The notes beneath the pieces were generated by a model. It was not told the DNA's origin. It saw only the letters and a list, made by a program, of their open reading frames with translations, and searched no databases. A program made the translations under genes and the position numbers. Below are positions 47,081 to 56,761 of a DNA stretch of 64,000 nucleotides, one piece after another. Each line of letters starts with the position of its first letter. Positions within the stretch are counted from its first letter, which is position 1. The stretch comes from Candidatus Brocadiia bacterium (GTDB lineage Bacteria; Planctomycetota; Brocadiia; SM23-32). Where the stretch lies: contig JBKHIT010000018.1 of assembly GCA_046538485.1 (NCBI GenBank), forward strand, positions 11,603 through 75,602, written 5' to 3'.

Positions 47081-48702
47081 ACCTCCTGGAATCCACACCT
47101 ATCAGGACTGAGAAATGTCCGCGAATTGAAGACCGCAAACGGATAAGCGCGGAGTTCGCGGGATACCTGGCCGATGAAAGCCGAACGCAGGCGGAAGGAC
47201 TCGACGTCATTTTTTTCCCGGAAAACCCCGCACAGGTTGCCGGAGCTGTCACACAATGCCACGATGCCGGGATGAAACTGACAGTTGCCGGCGCAAGAAC
47301 GGGGATTGTCGGTGGCGCGGTGCCCCTTAAATCAGATGCTGTGGTTGCCCTGGAAAAACTCAATCACATCAAATCCGTGCGATACGATCCAGACCGCGAT
47401 GCCTTTTTCGCACGGGTCCAGCCCGGCCTCGTGCTCGCCGATTTTCAGGAAGCCCTCCGCACCACGCGGCCAGCAGATTTGCCCTGGATCAGCGATAAAA
47501 ACCGTGAGATGGGCATGAAAAAAATTAAAACTGCCGACGGACGCCTTTTTTACCCCGTCGATCCGACGGAAACTTCAGCTCAGATCGGGGGCACTGTGGC
47601 AACAAATGCCAGCGGTGCCCGCACCTTTCATTACGGTGCGACACGTGAATGGGTCGAAGGGGTGACCGTTGTCCTCAGTTCGGGAGAAATACTGCAGCTT
47701 CGTCGGGGCGACGCGACGGCCGACGATGGCATCTTCCGGCTCGCCAATTCTCTCGGGCAAGAAACCACCATTGACCTGCCTGATCTGAACATTCCCGACA
47801 CCAAACATACGGCCGGTTACTATCTCGTACACGGTATGGATGCCGTTGATCTGTTCGTGGGGAGCGAAGGAACGCTTGGCCTATTGGTCGAAATCGAACT
47901 CCGTCTGGCGTTCGAACCACCGGAACGATTGTTCCTCACAGCATTTTTGCCCTCCGAAGAAAACGTCATTGAATTTGTCAACAGAGCGCGCATCTCTGAA
48001 GAGATCGACCCGCTTGCTATCGAATACATCGGCCCAAAAGCTCTGGACCTTCTCAGGGACAAACGGCGGAAAGAAGGGGCTTCAAGCGGCGTGCCACCTC
48101 TGGATGGAAATGCCGGCTGCGCGGTTTACCTGGAGATTAAGTTCGACGGGGACGATGAATTTCGGAAGATCTACGATTTTCTGGAGCAAGAATTGCAGGT
48201 GGCCGGGACAACGGCGTCAAAAAGCTGGGCCGGTTTTTCGCCGGGAGAACTCGGTCGTATGAAAGAGTTCCGGCACGCGGTCCCCGAATATGTCAACGGT
48301 ATTATCGGGCGACGCCAGCGGAAAGTGCCGGCGTTGCATAAAATTGGCACCGACATGGCGGTCCCCAATGAACGGCTCGGAGACGTGATGTCGGTCTACC
48401 GCAAAACCCTTGAAGATTCCGGCCTGCAATACGTGATTTTCGGTCATATCGGCGATAACCATCTTCACATTAACATTCTCCCCGAGAATAAAGCCGAACT
48501 CGACCGGGCGATGGCACTCTATAAAAGTTTTGCCGACAATGTGGTGGCAATGGAAGGAAGCGTCTCTGCCGAACACGGGATTGGACGAATCAAACGGGAT
48601 TTTCTATCAGTACAATTTTCCAACGAAGAGCTCGAGCAAATGGAAAATGTGCGTCGCCAGTTCGACCCCGAAGGAATGTTCAATCCCGGAGTTTTGTTCT
48701 GA
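47077..48702 (+). CDS. FAD-linked oxidase (GlcD / D-lactate dehydrogenase LctD-like)
   Basis: 541 aa with a PCMH-type FAD-binding N-domain (KLTVAGARTGIVGGAVP) and C-terminal SAEHGIGRIK. ATGA overlap with etfA. Confidence 0.8.
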   Translation: MNLLESTPIRTEKCPRIEDRKRISAEFAGYLADESRTQAEGLDVIFFPENPAQVAGAVTQCHDAGMKLTVAGARTGIVGGAVPLKSDAVVALEKLNHIKSVRYDPDRDAFFARVQPGLVLADFQEALRTTRPADLPWISDKNREMGMKKIKTADGRLFYPVDPTETSAQIGGTVATNASGARTFHYGATREWVEGVTVVLSSGEILQLRRGDATADDGIFRLANSLGQETTIDLPDLNIPDTKHTAGYYLVHGMDAVDLFVGSEGTLGLLVEIELRLAFEPPERLFLTAFLPSEENVIEFVNRARISEEIDPLAIEYIGPKALDLLRDKRRKEGASSGVPPLDGNAGCAVYLEIKFDGDDEFRKIYDFLEQELQVAGTTASKSWAGFSPGELGRMKEFRHAVPEYVNGIIGRRQRKVPALHKIGTDMAVPNERLGDVMSVYRKTLEDSGLQYVIFGHIGDNHLHINILPENKAELDRAMALYKSFADNVVAMEGSVSAEHGIGRIKRDFLSVQFSNEELEQMENVRRQFDPEGMFNPGVLF

Positions 48703-48925
48703 ACGGGGAAAAGCGAGCCATCCGAAACCGCAGAAATAGCCCGCTTTTATCAAGCAGTGCCTGTGCGGGAGCTGCGCGGAAGCCAAACGAAGGACGAGGA
48801 GCGCCCGCAGCCGCTGGTGTAGGTCGAACCATAAATATCCCCACCGCGGGGGGGATAGTATTCGTTTCGTGAGTCGGCCAACTTTTCCCAAGCTGAACCA
48901 AACGGCCTATTTCCGTCAATACGCT

Positions 48926-48953
48926 TTGGCTAATCCGGGCGCTGCCATATAAT
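48926..48953 (+). promoter_or_regulatory. putative sigma70 promoter for the nuclease/helicase pair
   Basis: TTGGCT-16 nt-TATAAT, ~40 nt upstream of ATG 48995. Confidence 0.4.
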
Positions 48954-48994
48954 GCATTTGTATAGTCTTTGTTCAAATATCAGAGAGAGCCGCC

Positions 48995-49963
48995 ATGCCG
49001 GACGATATGAAAAAGAAATTGGATGACCTTATCGACGACGGCAAATCGGAGCCGAAAAACCCCCAAAAAGACTCGGAAGAACTCCAAAGCGCCGTGCGAC
49101 GGTGGCGGAAACAGTGCGAGGAACGCGTTTCCAAAAAAGCCGATAAAGAAATCCGATACGAGCGCGACATTCCCCGCATATCCTGCAATAATCCGGCGAA
49201 CGATCGCAACCCGTCCTCGACCCGGGTCTCCCTCGAAGATGCTGTCGAAGGAGAAGAAGTATCCGTGCGGAAAGGCAGGACCATTTATCTGATTGAAACC
49301 GCGTTCTCGGAAAAACCGGAACACATCGAGTTGTACAGTGAATTCATCGAGGCGCTCTCAAAACCACAATCCGGACTCCGTCATAGAATGCGCGATCTCT
49401 GGCCCGCGGAGGGTTTAGAACCGGAAGATATCGTTTTCATGGACCTTGAAACCACCGGGCTGGGCAGTTCCCCCCTCTTCCTGATCGGTTCCATGGAATG
49501 TGAGAACGATCAATTAATTGTGCGCCAGTATCTTGCGCGCGACTACTCGGAAGAACCGGCGGCCATATTGCTGTTCAATCAGCGTTTCGCCGACAAAAAA
49601 ATGCTCGTAACATTCAACGGAAAAAGTTTTGACCTGCCGTATCTACGCACACGGGCAGCAGCAACGGGGGTCGATCTGGCCGAAGAGCCGCTTCATTTCG
49701 ATCTCCTCCATGTCTGCCGTCGCGTCTGGAAAAATCAATTGCCCAACTGTAAGCTCCAGACGCTCGAAACTTACATCTGTGGTCGTCCTCGGAACGGGGA
49801 CATTCCCGGCGAACAGATCCCCGCGGCCTATCATCAGTTCGTGCGGAGCGGCAATGCCAACCAGATGGTAAAAATCCTCAAACATAACATGCTCGATATC
49901 GTTACAATGGCCGATATCATGCGTCGTTTCACGCAACCGCCTGAGGGAAATTCGGACTCCTGA
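48995..49963 (+). CDS. RNase H-like 3'-5' exonuclease, YprB/MrfB-like
   Basis: IVFMDLETTGL, TFNGKSFDLPYL, HFDLLHVCRRVW, KHNMLDIVTM (DEDDh-like set as in YprB-family proteins). It carries a ~140-aa charged N-terminal extension. Confidence 0.7.
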   Translation: MPDDMKKKLDDLIDDGKSEPKNPQKDSEELQSAVRRWRKQCEERVSKKADKEIRYERDIPRISCNNPANDRNPSSTRVSLEDAVEGEEVSVRKGRTIYLIETAFSEKPEHIELYSEFIEALSKPQSGLRHRMRDLWPAEGLEPEDIVFMDLETTGLGSSPLFLIGSMECENDQLIVRQYLARDYSEEPAAILLFNQRFADKKMLVTFNGKSFDLPYLRTRAAATGVDLAEEPLHFDLLHVCRRVWKNQLPNCKLQTLETYICGRPRNGDIPGEQIPAAYHQFVRSGNANQMVKILKHNMLDIVTMADIMRRFTQPPEGNSDS

Positions 49964-49973
49964 AACCGACACA

Positions 49974-52847
49974 ATGACCAGCTTCGAATCATTCATCCGC
50001 GAACTTGAAGATTCCCCTGAATACCAGGGACAAATCGTTCATATCCGCCGGGTCGAACCGAGGGACGCCAGGTACGGGGAGCTGGGGCGGCCCTTTCCTG
50101 CTCCGATCGAAAGGGTTCTGGAAGATCGCGGGATCGAACGGCTCTACTCCCACCAGGCTCTGGCCACCAATATGGCCCGAGATGGCCAAGATGTGCTCAT
50201 CACAACAGGTACCGCCAGCGGGAAGACTCTCTGCTATGCCCTCCCGATTCTGGAAACGTTGCTCCAGGGGCGCCGGTCGCGTTCGCTCCTCCTCTTCCCC
50301 ACAAAAGCTCTCACCCAGGACCAATTTCGGGGATTCTCCCGGGCGATGGAATCGGCGGTAATCGATGAATCGCTCGCCGGCGTCTACGATGGCGATACGC
50401 CCTCCTCACTTCGGAAAAAACTGCGCACAAACGCCTCGGCGATATTCAGCAACCCCGACATGCTTCATGCTTCGATTATGCCTCAACACGGGCGCTGGGC
50501 GGAATTTATTGCCAATCTCGAGTATCTGGTCCTCGATGAAATCCACGTTTATAACGGCATATTTGGCTCGAACATGGCCAACCTCATGCATCGTTTCTGG
50601 CGCATTTGTGAGCGCTACGGCTCAGATCCGCAGATCATTGCCTGTTCGGCCACCATCGCCAACCCCGCCGAACTCGCTGAACGCCTGACCGGCCGTGAAA
50701 TGGAAGTTATCAGCGAAGACGGAAGCCCGCGAGGTGGCAGAACGTACCTGTTCTGGAACCCGCCAACGGTCCGCGAAAGAGATTGGCGTTCGCGCCGAAG
50801 CGCAAACGTTGAGGCCCACGACCTGATGGTCCGGTTGGTCCAGCAGGGTATTCCCACAATCGTTTTCTCGAAAGCCCGCGTCACCGCTGAGATGATCTAC
50901 CGCTACGTGCGGGACAAACTCCGGGAGGAAACCCCGCAACTCGCGGGCAAAATCTGCCCCTACCGGGGCGGCTATCTACCTGAAGAACGCCGTGAGATCG
51001 AGCGCCGACTCTTCGAGGGCGAATTGATGGGCGTCAGCACCACGCCAGCGCTGGAACTCGGAATCGATGTCGGCGTGCTCGATGCCAGCGTGGTCGTGGG
51101 CTACCCGGGAACCCTCGCCTCGTTCTTCCAACAGGCCGGTCGGGCCGGTCGCGAGGAACGGGACGCCCTGGTGATACTGATCGGCATTGACACAGCAACC
51201 AACCAGTACGTGATGACGGAACCCGATTACATTTTCGGGCGCCCCATCGAAGCAGCGGTCCTCGAGCCCGAAAACCCCTTTGTGACGCTGGGACACCTAC
51301 GCTGTGCAAGCCATGAGCTGCCACTCAGCGATGAAGAAGCCGATTCCTTCGGGCCGGATTCCGACCTCGTCCTGAGCGTTCTTGAGGAAAACCACAAAAT
51401 CCACCGGATCGATGACAAATGGTACCACTCGGCAAGCGAAATCCCCCACCACGAGCTGGCGCTTCGCTACGCGTACGGTGAGACCGTGATGATCGAGGAC
51501 GAAGAAACGGGTGAGGTCATCGAGGAAGTGGACAAAGCCGACGCACCGCCTCTTGTACATCCGGACGCCATTTACCTGCACAACGGAGAAACCTGGCGTG
51601 TGCTGGATCTGGACATGGAACGCAACATCGCCACCGTCCGGCGGATCGACGTCGATTATTACACGCAGCCGCTCGGCGGAGCCGATGTTCATCACATCGA
51701 TCTGAAACTGCGCGAAAAGCCTTTCGGGACGGGTGTGGCACATTGGGGCGAAGTGACGGCCTATGACCGGACTGTGGGATACGAAAAGATCCACTTCTAC
51801 GAACTCGATGCCATCAGCCGTCACGGACTTAACCTGCCGCCGCTGACCCTGGAGACAATGGCGTTCTGGATCGAGCCCCACGAACCACTTCTGGCCCGAG
51901 TTCGTAACGCCGGGCTAAACACCCACAGCGGTCTACGCGGCGTCGGCTACGCCACGCGTATGTTGCTGCCGCTGTTCATCACATGTAACACCCTCGATTT
52001 CTCCCACACCATTGGCAGCGCGAACTCCCCGTGGCAATCGATTTTCGTCTACGAACTCTACACTCACGGGCTGGGGTTTACAGAAAAAGCCTATGAGCGG
52101 CTCGGCGAAATCATGCCAGCCGTCCTTGAACACATAAAATCCTGCGACTGCGAGGACGGATGCCCCGCGTGTGTTGGCAAACCACTCCGGCAATTTGCCT
52201 CCTGGAACGTCGAACGCCACGAGGGGGCCGTGCCGAGCCGGGAATCCGCAATTATGATTCTCGAAGGTCTGCTGGGCGATCGCTCGGCCCTGGATTGTCC
52301 GGACCGCACAAACCTGGCGGACCGAACCGACGGTGAAAAAGCGCGCCTGCGGAAAGCCCTCCGCCGGAGACTCGAGCGGATGCGCGAACCGCGTCTGCTC
52401 CACCGGATTGAACCGCCCCCCCCGGAAGGATACCCTGAGCCGATCGAAGAAGAAGTCCTGGACCGCCCCGATGTGGCACAGCGACGCCGCAGCCGACGCG
52501 ATTTCCACAAGAAGCTGCGTCAGCGTCTCGAACAAAATATCCCCGACGAACGTCTTTCCCCGGAAACCGGGAAAAACGGTGCTCCTCAGGGTATGAAACG
52601 CGGACGCGGAAGCCGAAAACCAATTGATTTCCCCGGAGCACCGCTGGTCAGAGATACCAGGGCGGCCGACATTCGCGGACGCTATGAGCCCCAAGAAACA
52701 CAATCGGCCCCCGAGGAGGCGTCCGTCGAAGGAGAAAAGCCCACAAACAACGAGGAAAAAGCAACAGGCGAACAGCCGCGGAGCCTGGGAGATTCAATTG
52801 CTTCGCGGGCACGAAAACTGAAGAAAAAACGATCTGAAAACGAATGA
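49974..52847 (+). CDS. DEAD/DEAH-box helicase with C-terminal DUF1998 Zn-Cys domain, YprA/MrfA-like
   Basis: Walker A TGTASGKT, DEIH box LVLDEIHVYNG, QQAGRAGR, and DUF1998 cluster CDCEDGCPACVGK. It has a ~170-aa basic disordered tail. Confidence 0.85.
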   Translation: MTSFESFIRELEDSPEYQGQIVHIRRVEPRDARYGELGRPFPAPIERVLEDRGIERLYSHQALATNMARDGQDVLITTGTASGKTLCYALPILETLLQGRRSRSLLLFPTKALTQDQFRGFSRAMESAVIDESLAGVYDGDTPSSLRKKLRTNASAIFSNPDMLHASIMPQHGRWAEFIANLEYLVLDEIHVYNGIFGSNMANLMHRFWRICERYGSDPQIIACSATIANPAELAERLTGREMEVISEDGSPRGGRTYLFWNPPTVRERDWRSRRSANVEAHDLMVRLVQQGIPTIVFSKARVTAEMIYRYVRDKLREETPQLAGKICPYRGGYLPEERREIERRLFEGELMGVSTTPALELGIDVGVLDASVVVGYPGTLASFFQQAGRAGREERDALVILIGIDTATNQYVMTEPDYIFGRPIEAAVLEPENPFVTLGHLRCASHELPLSDEEADSFGPDSDLVLSVLEENHKIHRIDDKWYHSASEIPHHELALRYAYGETVMIEDEETGEVIEEVDKADAPPLVHPDAIYLHNGETWRVLDLDMERNIATVRRIDVDYYTQPLGGADVHHIDLKLREKPFGTGVAHWGEVTAYDRTVGYEKIHFYELDAISRHGLNLPPLTLETMAFWIEPHEPLLARVRNAGLNTHSGLRGVGYATRMLLPLFITCNTLDFSHTIGSANSPWQSIFVYELYTHGLGFTEKAYERLGEIMPAVLEHIKSCDCEDGCPACVGKPLRQFASWNVERHEGAVPSRESAIMILEGLLGDRSALDCPDRTNLADRTDGEKARLRKALRRRLERMREPRLLHRIEPPPPEGYPEPIEEEVLDRPDVAQRRRSRRDFHKKLRQRLEQNIPDERLSPETGKNGAPQGMKRGRGSRKPIDFPGAPLVRDTRAADIRGRYEPQETQSAPEEASVEGEKPTNNEEKATGEQPRSLGDSIASRARKLKKKRSENE

Positions 52848-52865
52848 GCAACGCCTTCCCGGCAA

Positions 52866-54641
52866 ATGGTAGAAATGACAGGATGGCTCCCGGCCATTTT
52901 CGATTGCGAGGAACCGTCATTTTGGAAGCGGGGGGACGGGATGATCGATGATGAGAAAAAAATTTGTCCGAAGTACGGCAAATCGCTGGTCACCCGAGCG
53001 GACCAGGGAGCCCCAGCAAAATGTCCCTATTGCGGAGCGAAAACGGAACCGGCCGAAGATGTGAACGAAAACTGGGATACGCAGGATCTCCAGTATCTCC
53101 CGTCCGAAAACGTATCCCTTGAGGAAATCGAATCCATCTGGGCCGATTCCGTCTCCGGTATTCAGGACGCAACTGTCTCGATCGAACCGGAACAACGGGA
53201 AACCGAGACGCCGACAAACCTCTCCATCAAGCAGAAATCCCTCAACTGGGCACCGATTCCGGACGAATCGGCAGCTGACTATGAACTGTTGAAACAGATC
53301 GGCGAAGGCGGTATGGGCGTTGTCTATTCGGCCAGACAAACCTCGTTTGATCGCGACATTGCCCTCAAAATGATGAAAGAGGACTCGGCTCAGAGCCCCG
53401 CTGCCCGCGCCCGATTCCTCTCCGAAGCCGCCGTTACCGGCGATCTCGACCACCCGAATATCGTTCCGGTCCACGATCTCGGTTCGGATGACCAGGATCA
53501 TCTGTTCTACGCCATGAAAAACGCGCGCGGCCATCGCTGGGAAGAGGCCCTTGCCGCTAATTCCAAACAGGAAAACCTCGACATCCTGCTGCGCCTGGCC
53601 GATGCCGTTGCATTCGCACATTCCAAAGGCGTGGTTCACCGGGATCTCAAACCTGAGAATGTCATGCTCGGAGAGTTCGGCGAAGTTCTCCTCATGGATT
53701 GGGGGCTGGCCGTCTCGTTCAGTGAAATGGGAAAAGCCGAACCGGTTGGCTCTCAAACTGGTCCCGGCGGAACGCCCGTGTATATGGCTCCAGAAATGGC
53801 GCAAGCCGATTCTGAGAAAATCGGCCCGGCAAGCGATATTTATCTGCTCGGGGCTATTCTATACGAAATTCTCACCGAGCGGCCGCCGCATACCGGCAAC
53901 AACGTGATGCATTGTCTGATGAATGCAGCTCATAACCGGATCCAGCCAGCCGAAACCGAAGGTGAGCTGCTGGATGTGGCAAAAAAAGCGATGGCCACTG
54001 ACATCTTGCATCGTTACGAAACCGTACAGGACTTTCAGAACGCCATCCGGGAATGCCGGGCCCACCACGAAAGTCTCGCCCTTTCCTCACGCGCCGACGA
54101 TCTGCTGCACCAGGCCCGCGAAACGGGCGAATACGACATGTTTTCGCGCGCTCTGCTAAGTTTTGAGGAAGCGCTCAACCTCTGGCCGGAAAACCACCAT
54201 GCCCGGGAAGGAACAGCTGAAACCGCACTCGAATACGCAGAATCGGCTTATAAAAACCGCGATCTGGACCTTGCGGAGCCGCTGCTGGACCCGGAGGATG
54301 ATCGCCACCGCGGCCTGCTGAGCAAAGTGGGATCCGCCCGGCGGGAGCGCGACGCCCGCCGCAAGCGCCTCCGGTTCTTCAAATACGGTTCGGCCACGCT
54401 GGTGGGAGTGGTCCTGCTGGTCATGACGGTGGCTTTTTTCTGGATCCACAGCGAAAGAAACCGGGCGGTTCGCTCCGAGAAAAACGCCGTGGCCGCCCGA
54501 AATCGGGAGCAGAAGCAGCGCCGGAAAGCCGAAAATGCGCTCCGGCGTGCGGAACGCGAAAATTACTACCATAGCATTGCGCTCGCCGACCAGCACATCC
54601 AGAACCGCGAGTTCGACAAACAGAAAACCCTTCCGAAATAA
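52866..54641 (+). CDS. serine/threonine protein kinase (Hanks type) with N-terminal zinc ribbon and one TM segment
   Basis: CPKYG...CPYCG; GEGGMGVVY; IALK; HRDLKPENVML; MDWGLA; YMAPE; TM ATLVGVVLLVMTVAFFWI. The true start may be ATG 52941. Confidence 0.85.
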   Translation: MVEMTGWLPAIFDCEEPSFWKRGDGMIDDEKKICPKYGKSLVTRADQGAPAKCPYCGAKTEPAEDVNENWDTQDLQYLPSENVSLEEIESIWADSVSGIQDATVSIEPEQRETETPTNLSIKQKSLNWAPIPDESAADYELLKQIGEGGMGVVYSARQTSFDRDIALKMMKEDSAQSPAARARFLSEAAVTGDLDHPNIVPVHDLGSDDQDHLFYAMKNARGHRWEEALAANSKQENLDILLRLADAVAFAHSKGVVHRDLKPENVMLGEFGEVLLMDWGLAVSFSEMGKAEPVGSQTGPGGTPVYMAPEMAQADSEKIGPASDIYLLGAILYEILTERPPHTGNNVMHCLMNAAHNRIQPAETEGELLDVAKKAMATDILHRYETVQDFQNAIRECRAHHESLALSSRADDLLHQARETGEYDMFSRALLSFEEALNLWPENHHAREGTAETALEYAESAYKNRDLDLAEPLLDPEDDRHRGLLSKVGSARRERDARRKRLRFFKYGSATLVGVVLLVMTVAFFWIHSERNRAVRSEKNAVAARNREQKQRRKAENALRRAERENYYHSIALADQHIQNREFDKQKTLPK

Positions 54642-55204
54642 CAGCCTTATCGACAATTGACCGTGCAGCCCGCAGTCTGGCATTCTCCACCAATGGAAAA
54701 TGGCTGGCGTGTGGCGGAGGAGACGGCGCTCTACAGATATGGGAAACGGACTCATGCCAAGAACGCCTTGAGATTCGCGCTCATAGTGGATGCACGCATT
54801 CGGTTTCTTTCTCTCCGAATAACAAACGTTTAATCAGCGCCGGAGAAGAGGGAAAGGCGCGGCTCTGGCAAATCCCATCGGGGAAACTTACCCGTGTCCT
54901 GCGCGGCCACACCGACGGAGTTAACGTGGCCGATTTCTCGCCGGACGGTTCACGAATAGTAACTGCCGGCAAAGACAAAACCGCCCGGATTTGGGATGCT
55001 CACACCGGGCGACAGCTTTTGTGTTTGCGTCCGAAACTGGGAGAAATTTTTTCGATCCGCTTTTCCACGGACGGCCGGCAGCTTTTGGTCTGCGGCAAAA
55101 CAGGGTCAAAAATTGCTCTCGCAGTTAACAGTTCCTTCTCCTCGAAAACCCTATATGAGCAGAAAAGGAAAGCGTGGGTACTCAGGTGGGAGAAGACGCA
55201 TTAG
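54642..55204 (+). pseudogene. WD40-repeat remnant, out of frame with the upstream kinase
   Basis: The frame is open 54575-55204 and encodes ~3.5 WD40 units (LAFSTNGKWLACGGGDGALQIWE; VSFSPNNKRLISAGEEGKARLWQ; VADFSPDGSRIVTAGKDKTARIWD). There is no in-frame ATG/GTG/TTG before 54926, and it ends in non-WD sequence. Confidence 0.55.
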
Positions 55205-55347
55205 ACCTTGCGCGATCTGGTAAATCGATGCCGAAAAGATGGCGCTGACTTGCGAAACAAGGAAATTGACGATAGACTTATTTTAGTTCTCGGTACGGTC
55301 AAACGGGTGAGGGGCTTTCTTGATAAAGACCCAGGATTAAAAAAGGT

Positions 55348-56727
55348 ATGCACATGCCCGAGAATGGACTAGATCTGGCCAATTTGTTCTTGAACCTTGC
55401 GGACAGTCAGGGGGTGGCAGAACTACGTGAAGAAATCTCGGCGGAAAAGCATTTAATTGAAGAACTGGAAGAAGAATCCGAATCCCTCACGCCCGCCCAC
55501 GGGGACGGCAACTTAAACGAGCTTACTGCCCTGTCGGACGCAATAGATGAACTCGGGGCTGAAGATCCTCTGGCAACTTTCTTCAAACTTTCTCTGTTCA
55601 ACCAGCGTCTTTCAACGATTGATATCAGCACCCTCAACGCTTCGGCAAAAGACCGACTGGAAGAAGTCAGTGAAAAACTCAACGAGAAGCGAGAAACTGT
55701 CCTGAAAAATTGGGATGAGGCCACGGGCGAAAAGATCCGGCAGCTGGGAGATCTTATGACAAGCGTACGAAGGTCTCTGGACCTGATTTTAGCACGAATT
55801 CATGAATCACACGCAGACACCGACCGAGAACGTATACTCTCACTGACAAACCAGGTGGAAAAACTTGCGCGGACCAAAGAACAGATCAAAGACCTGGTCG
55901 CCAGAGTGCCGGGGATTGAAACCGACGGATTGCCAGGCTGGCAAAGTCTGGAAAAAGCGGAAAATGCTATTATCAAACCGCATTATAAAAACGTTTTTCT
56001 TTTCAAATGCGCCGTTTTGATGACGCGTGCAGATGGCGAAATCTCCGCCCTTGAAAAGGACTTTCTGCAGTCAATCGGTGAGAGAATTCATCTTTCTCCC
56101 GGAGAGACAGAAACTTTGATCCGGCAGGCAGGGAAACTGGGGTTCTCTAATTTTGAAGCCGACGTGGCCGAAGCCCAGGACCTTATTCACAAGCTTTATC
56201 TCTGTGCTCTGGCCGATGGAGTCGTCGCGGAATCAGAAAAACGAATGCTCCAGAGAATTGCCAGAGCCATTAATCTCGATGAAGGTTATATCTCCAGTTT
56301 ACTTTCAGGCAGCCAACATTCCGAGGTTAATTTTTTGGATCCCACCACGGTGAAAAAATGCGTCCGCACGCAGGCAAGAAAACCCGAAAACGCGTTCTTG
56401 GCCGACGATATCCCGCCGGGCCGCCTCGCCGATTTGTGTAAAAAACTTGAGGTTCCGGCTGATGAAACTCCCCTCCTGGTCTATGATAATTGTTTCCTGG
56501 ACAAAAGTCTGGAATCCGCCATTCTGACCGGCGGGGCTCTGTATTTCACAAACCCCCGTGGTGTCACCAAATGCGTCCAGCTGTCAAATATTGAAGACTG
56601 CAGAACGTCAATAAAGACCAGCGTGATCGAACTGAAAGACGGCCGCAAATTAAAAATGAGTCGAGCAGCCTTTCACTTTCTTGAGCTTGTGCTGACCTGT
56701 ATCGACGAGAACTTACGAAGCGTCTAA
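55348..56727 (+). CDS. hypothetical protein with coiled-coil N-half and TerB-like (tellurite-resistance TerB/DjlA-N type) repeats
   Basis: AVLMTRADGEISALEKDFLQSIGERIHLS and LCALADGVVAESEKRMLQRIARAINLD resemble the TerB-type ADG...E helical pairs. Weak call. Confidence 0.45.
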   Translation: MHMPENGLDLANLFLNLADSQGVAELREEISAEKHLIEELEEESESLTPAHGDGNLNELTALSDAIDELGAEDPLATFFKLSLFNQRLSTIDISTLNASAKDRLEEVSEKLNEKRETVLKNWDEATGEKIRQLGDLMTSVRRSLDLILARIHESHADTDRERILSLTNQVEKLARTKEQIKDLVARVPGIETDGLPGWQSLEKAENAIIKPHYKNVFLFKCAVLMTRADGEISALEKDFLQSIGERIHLSPGETETLIRQAGKLGFSNFEADVAEAQDLIHKLYLCALADGVVAESEKRMLQRIARAINLDEGYISSLLSGSQHSEVNFLDPTTVKKCVRTQARKPENAFLADDIPPGRLADLCKKLEVPADETPLLVYDNCFLDKSLESAILTGGALYFTNPRGVTKCVQLSNIEDCRTSIKTSVIELKDGRKLKMSRAAFHFLELVLTCIDENLRSV

Positions 56728-56761
56728 AACGCTTGGCCCCTCCCCAACCTTCCCCAAAACC

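Noticed and set aside
54575-54641. Programmed ribosomal frameshift joining the kinase and WD40 frames.
   Set aside because: No X-XXY-YYZ slippery heptamer or downstream pseudoknot is evident in the overlap, and the WD40 region is also truncated at its 3' end. A mutation or sequencing indel is more parsimonious.
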